This document shows positions 59,784 through 64,000 of a DNA stretch of 64,000 nt, in pieces. The DNA lies in NCBI GenBank assembly GCA_010093605.1, contig MU004182.1, positions 62,001 through 126,000 of the forward strand, read 5' to 3'. The translations under genes and the position numbers were made by a program. The notes beneath the pieces are model-generated. The model worked only from the letters and a program-made list of their open reading frames with translations. It made no database searches and was not told the DNA's origin. The stretch is from Lophium mytilinum (taxonomy: Eukaryota). Each line of letters starts with the position of its first letter. Position 1 is the stretch's first letter.

Positions 59784-61013
59784 CTAATACTTCGGCCGCA
59801 CAACCTCCCCATACGGCGGCGGCGCCGGCTCCGCATGCCCCAGCATCGGACTCACGGCCCCCTCAGCCATCGGACTCCCCGGCGTCGCATAACTCAACGC
59901 CGGACTCAGCATCTCGGGCTGCGGACTCACGGGGCCGTATCCACCGCGCACCGTGCCCGGGTGGCTCACCATGCCCATCCCGTATGTGCCCGCGTCCTGG
60001 TGGTGGTGTTGTTGTTGCTGCAGCGGGACGGATTCGGGGTGCGGCGAGGCGGGGTAGTCGTTGAGCGGGGGCGGGGGCATTGGGGGCGGGTTTTTGCCGT
60101 AGGGGTTGTATTTGTTGCGGCGGCGGCGGAGGAGGAAGAAGGCGAGGGCGCCGGCGAGGGCGAGGAGGAGGAGGGGGCCGAGGACCGCGCCGGCGATCCA
60201 GGCTTTGTTTGCGCTCTTGTGGTGGGAGGTGGAGGGTAGGGTGGTGGAGGGCTGGGTGCTGGTGGAGGCGGTGGAAGTGGATGGGTTTGGGGAGGCGGTA
60301 GAGGAGGCGGCGGCGGGGGATGCGGTGGTTGAGGCGGCGGCGGGGAGGGTTGTGGAAGCTAGATTTTGGTTAAGTCCGTAGATAATGGAATTGCAGACTT
60401 CGAGGGGGTTTGGATTGAGAATTGGAGGGCTGCGTACCTGCTGCTTCGCCGGGAGATGTCAAGAAGTAGACAATCTCTGTCTCAGTCGCGCAACCCACCC
60501 AGTACCAACCCGTGTTCTCTCCAGTCTTTACGAGGATGAAGTCCGTATTGCACGATGAGGGATGAGGGCTGCTGAATATTAGCTTTTCAAGGATCTCTTG
60601 AATCGATGATGTTTTAGGGGATTGCAGAAACACACCATTCGGTTTCAAACCCGCCACCAAAGACAGTATTTCCTTTGCAGCTCGTTGCAAGTATGCAATC
60701 CTCATCAGATGGACAGCAGCCAGCGTACTGATCGCCGAAGAACATGGTAGAACCATCATCGCAGTAGGCGGCATCATCTTCATACCTGTATTAGCATTGC
60801 CGGCAAATGGAAGTAACAACAGTAGTATGACCACGTATACGTACAAGTGCCTGAAGTGCTGAAGTACCCGATGAACGAGTCACCTCCAAAGTCGGTCGTG
60901 AAAAACTGCCTGGGCACAACAGGCGCAGGTGTCACAACGGGTTCCGGAACCGCATCTACCAACCCCACAAACAACCACGACAATGCGATAAAAGAAAATG
61001 CGAATGGCTTCAT
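59784..61013 (-). CDS. Secreted-signal, Cys-rich, S/T-stalk single-pass membrane protein (Mid2-like), multi-exon
   Basis: Signal peptide MKPFAFSFIALSWLFVGLVDA, Cys-rich exons, A/T/S stalk, KAWIAGAVLGPLLLLALAGALAFFLLRRRR transmembrane helix and a Pro-rich tail. Confidence 0.8.
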
Positions 61014-62094
61014 CGTCCCAGGTCAAGCATCGAAAAAGCGGGCCACCGCGCGAGGAGCAGCGGGGACGCGAGAATTAAAAGAGCTCGGCTTCAGCAAGGG
61101 CAGCGACGCGATAAGCAGGCGGCGTGCTCCAGACCGGGTCGCTTGCAGGGCCGAGCGGGGAGGCTGCCAATCGCATAAAGGAGGTTGCAGTAGTGCATCG
61201 CTGCGAAGGGGTTGGTGTGGTGAGGCTGAGTTCGGGCGTGCAAGGTTTGGGCTGGTGTTCCTGAATGGGGTTTGGCCTCCTTTGCTATATCGAAATACGG
61301 GTGATACTTTTAGGCCCCAGAGAAGAGGAGAAGAAGACGTCAGCAACATATAATTTCTACATGGATATCGGTATCGGTGCGATCATAGCTCAGTGCGTTG
61401 ATGCCTAGATGTAATTGAAAAAGAAGTCTCGAGTTCAGCTGGAAGACAAGCCTGATGGGCTGACTTGCAAAGACAGATTGTACCGATTACCTGGTAGGGG
61501 AAATACTTCGGTTATGACAAGCTTTGAAGAGGAAATGAAAAAGAGACCGAGTGCCTGTAAATTCATGCCCTGACTTGATACCAATTTATGTGCATCTGTC
61601 CGGCACTGCTCGAAGCACCTCGATCCATTCCTAATGCATAAACCCAACAAATACTTATTCCTTTGAGCAGCCGGGAAATCAGCTGGGTAGCCCTAGCTGG
61701 TCGCAAAAGAATAATTACGGACCGATGGCAGCACGCTTCGCGCGTTCCACATAGGTAAGTCTGAAATACTTCCTCTCAAGCTCAACATTGCATTAAGAGT
61801 TCCGAGAGTTCCGAGAGTGCGCTGGAGCACCACAAATACCAGCGAATGAATATAAACAGCGAAAGACAGATCATTGCAAATTATGATAGTACTTCTATAG
61901 AAAAACGTCGCGCTAAGCAGGCTATGGTTTAGCTAATCAAGTCTGACTATAATTCATCACGTGACCTTACATACAGAGGGCAGGATTCGTTTTGCAGAGC
62001 TCTAGTTACAACACACACCTTTTGACCTCTCCAAAGAATACGCAGACCGATAAATTGATTGCCTGTGTACATCCATGGATCCATATTCCATAGT

Positions 62095-64000
62095 TCATAT
62101 TATAGTAACAGTCTTCTCGACTGCGTTGGAAAGGAGATCATGTGCGGGGAGCACCGCGGTGTATCTCTGACCCACACAATAGACGCCGATTCTCTCAAAC
62201 AGTCCAGTACCTGAGCTAGTCTCCCGTATCAAGAGAGCCTCGCATCCGGTTGGAGACTCTACCCTTTCATTATCCCAAGTGCTCACAATCATGTAATACA
62301 ATCTCCGGTCAAGGCTGAATTCGCGCAGCTCCTCCATAACTTTATCTGAGACCAGAAATCTTTCCTCAGGCGTCGAGTGTACAGGTGATCGTTGTCCTCG
62401 AGAGAGGCCTAGCTTTGGCTTTTGGTATTCGTAGCGTATTTTTACTAGGCCCATATCATCGAGGTGCAAGTGCGCTTTCCCAAGTCCCGGTCCCGTGGAA
62501 TTGATCAAGGCCAGCGCTTCCGATTGGAATCGGGCTGCTACCAGCCACCCTCGAAGAACGATGTGCCCACTTTTCACCTCCCCGGTAGGGTCTAGTCCAA
62601 GCGACTCACACTGTACATCCACAACCTCGCACTGTAACTTATGATCTCGGTACGATGCGAAATAACATCCAAAATCGACAGCGCCATTGACGGATGCCCA
62701 TGACCAGCTAGGAGCTCGATACGAGTCGCTCCCTCGAGCTAGATCGGGTCTTCGTTTATTGGGTTGGTCGTCTCCGTGCCATAAGAGGCCTCTTGGCAAC
62801 TGTGACTCCCATATGCCAGCGAAATAGGCGCCAAATTCTTGTTGTCGGAAACGTTTCGCGAGTCCTGAGACCGCAGGAAGCTTGTCCGATATGTACGAGA
62901 GCTGGCAACGACTATATGCTTGAACAACTTTCTCCCAAGGTCCAAACGGCAATCGTATCACGTTAGCCCAGCCTGTATCTGCTGATGTATCCTCCGGATG
63001 GGGTATCTCATCAGTCTCCAACCGTAGGAACCGAAATTTGTCATGCTGCTCTTCGTCAATTCCTGCAGAAAAGGACCCGCATTCGCAGTGTGTGGCCACC
63101 CTACAGCGCCAATACACTTCGAAATGCCGATAATAGAGTGCACGAGGGGATAGATATCTTTCTTGAAACGCCCAGCCACGTTGGTAGAGTGGCAAGGGTG
63201 GCTCTTCCTGGACTTCTGCGCGATCTCCGTGAGCGATCGGCCTGCGGGTAAAAGCACACATTGAACCGCCACCGCTTTGCTCCACTTGAATAGGATGTAC
63301 GTGCTCATGAGGACTTCCTTCTTTTTTCTCGTATACGTAGTGACGGTCGTGAAAACATCCGTAGTCGGCGTTCGGGGCAAGAGCGGCAAATATGTTCAAA
63401 ACACCATGCTCATAGATGCTGGCCATCTTCGAAGACTCAATTTGCCAATCATCATTGCTGTCTTGCAGGATGCACAGGCTGTCAATCCAAAGATAGCGAT
63501 AACCTAACCTCCGCGTTATAATCACAGCATCTTGAAAGGTTTTTGGAACTAATTCCCAGGGAATGTTCTCTTTCCATCGATTGAGCGTCTTGCTATCAGA
63601 CTTGAGAAATTCTTTGCCTCCCCAACAGTATGACAAAGTAAAGTAGGGTGGGATCAGAGTGTGGACATCGCAAACTCTGATATTTTGATTGTCCGAGTCG
63701 GTGCCAATGTCAATCAAACGCGCTGGTCTGGGGTTTACGCCGCCATTTGATTGTGAACAGATGTCGTGTTTCTCAAGGCATTCGTGCAGCCACTTTGATG
63801 CTAATTGGAATGTAGAATTTGCAGATGAGTTTTGCGGAGGGGTTCGACCAAATCCAAACTGGTCGTGGCCGTCTTTGAAACGTAGGTCAGTATCGTAGTA
63901 CGACGGAATAGTCGACACAGAGCAGTATTGAAGATATCCCAGTGCCTGAAAGACCACGGACACATTCAAAACTATGTCTATCGTAGAGACGACATATGCG
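62095..64000 (-). CDS. Heterokaryon-incompatibility HET-domain protein (PF06985-type); 5' end probably outside the window
   Basis: WLHECLEKHDIC, PARLIDI, YFTLSYCWG, PKTFQDA, RYLWIDSLCILQD, W..ESSKMASIY, RGWAFQER.LSPR, DKLPAVSGLA and APSWSWAS. Confidence 0.92.
   Translation of the reverse strand, partial: AYVVSTIDIVLNVSVVFQALGYLQYCSVSTIPSYYDTDLRFKDGHDQFGFGRTPPQNSSANSTFQLASKWLHECLEKHDICSQSNGGVNPRPARLIDIGTDSDNQNIRVCDVHTLIPPYFTLSYCWGGKEFLKSDSKTLNRWKENIPWELVPKTFQDAVIITRRLGYRYLWIDSLCILQDSNDDWQIESSKMASIYEHGVLNIFAALAPNADYGCFHDRHYVYEKKEGSPHEHVHPIQVEQSGGGSMCAFTRRPIAHGDRAEVQEEPPLPLYQRGWAFQERYLSPRALYYRHFEVYWRCRVATHCECGSFSAGIDEEQHDKFRFLRLETDEIPHPEDTSADTGWANVIRLPFGPWEKVVQAYSRCQLSYISDKLPAVSGLAKRFRQQEFGAYFAGIWESQLPRGLLWHGDDQPNKRRPDLARGSDSYRAPSWSWASVNGAVDFGCYFASYRDHKLQCEVVDVQCESLGLDPTGEVKSGHIVLRGWLVAARFQSEALALINSTGPGLGKAHLHLDDMGLVKIRYEYQKPKLGLSRGQRSPVHSTPEERFLVSDKVMEELREFSLDRRLYYMIVSTWDNERVESPTGCEALLIRETSSGTGLFERIGVYCVGQRYTAVLPAHDLLSNAVEKTVTII

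Noticed and set aside
1..64000. CRISPR arrays, rRNA/tRNA genes, telomere tracts, Starship captain, PKS/NRPS cluster
   Set aside because: None recognised by eye; a tRNAscan/Infernal run would be needed to exclude small RNAs.

Overview
Eukaryotic, intron-containing DNA from a filamentous ascomycete fungus, judged from GT/AG introns with CTAAC/CTGAC branch sites, RIP-type mutation, and HET and PTH11-like genes. The left part holds an SDR, an MFS sugar/inositol transporter, a Ser/Thr kinase and a 1644-aa protein with a C-terminal methyltransferase-like domain. A ~3.7-kb AT-rich island follows; once RIP changes are reverted it reads as a two-ORF PIF/Harbinger transposon. The rest looks accessory-like: two related membrane proteins, two 5'-truncated pseudogenes fused back-to-back, an intronless actinobacterial PptH-like metallophosphoesterase, a TAP-like peptidase, and a tandem triplet of F-box-like paralogs (one intronless, one frameshifted). 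It also contains a PTH11-like receptor, a secreted lactonase-like propeller, a DUF3431 protein, a decayed F-box gene and a HET-domain gene. The most unusual item is a spliced gene for a coiled-coil protein ending in a stand-alone Argonaute-type PAZ domain with no MID/PIWI. All family calls are by motif recognition only; no searches were run.
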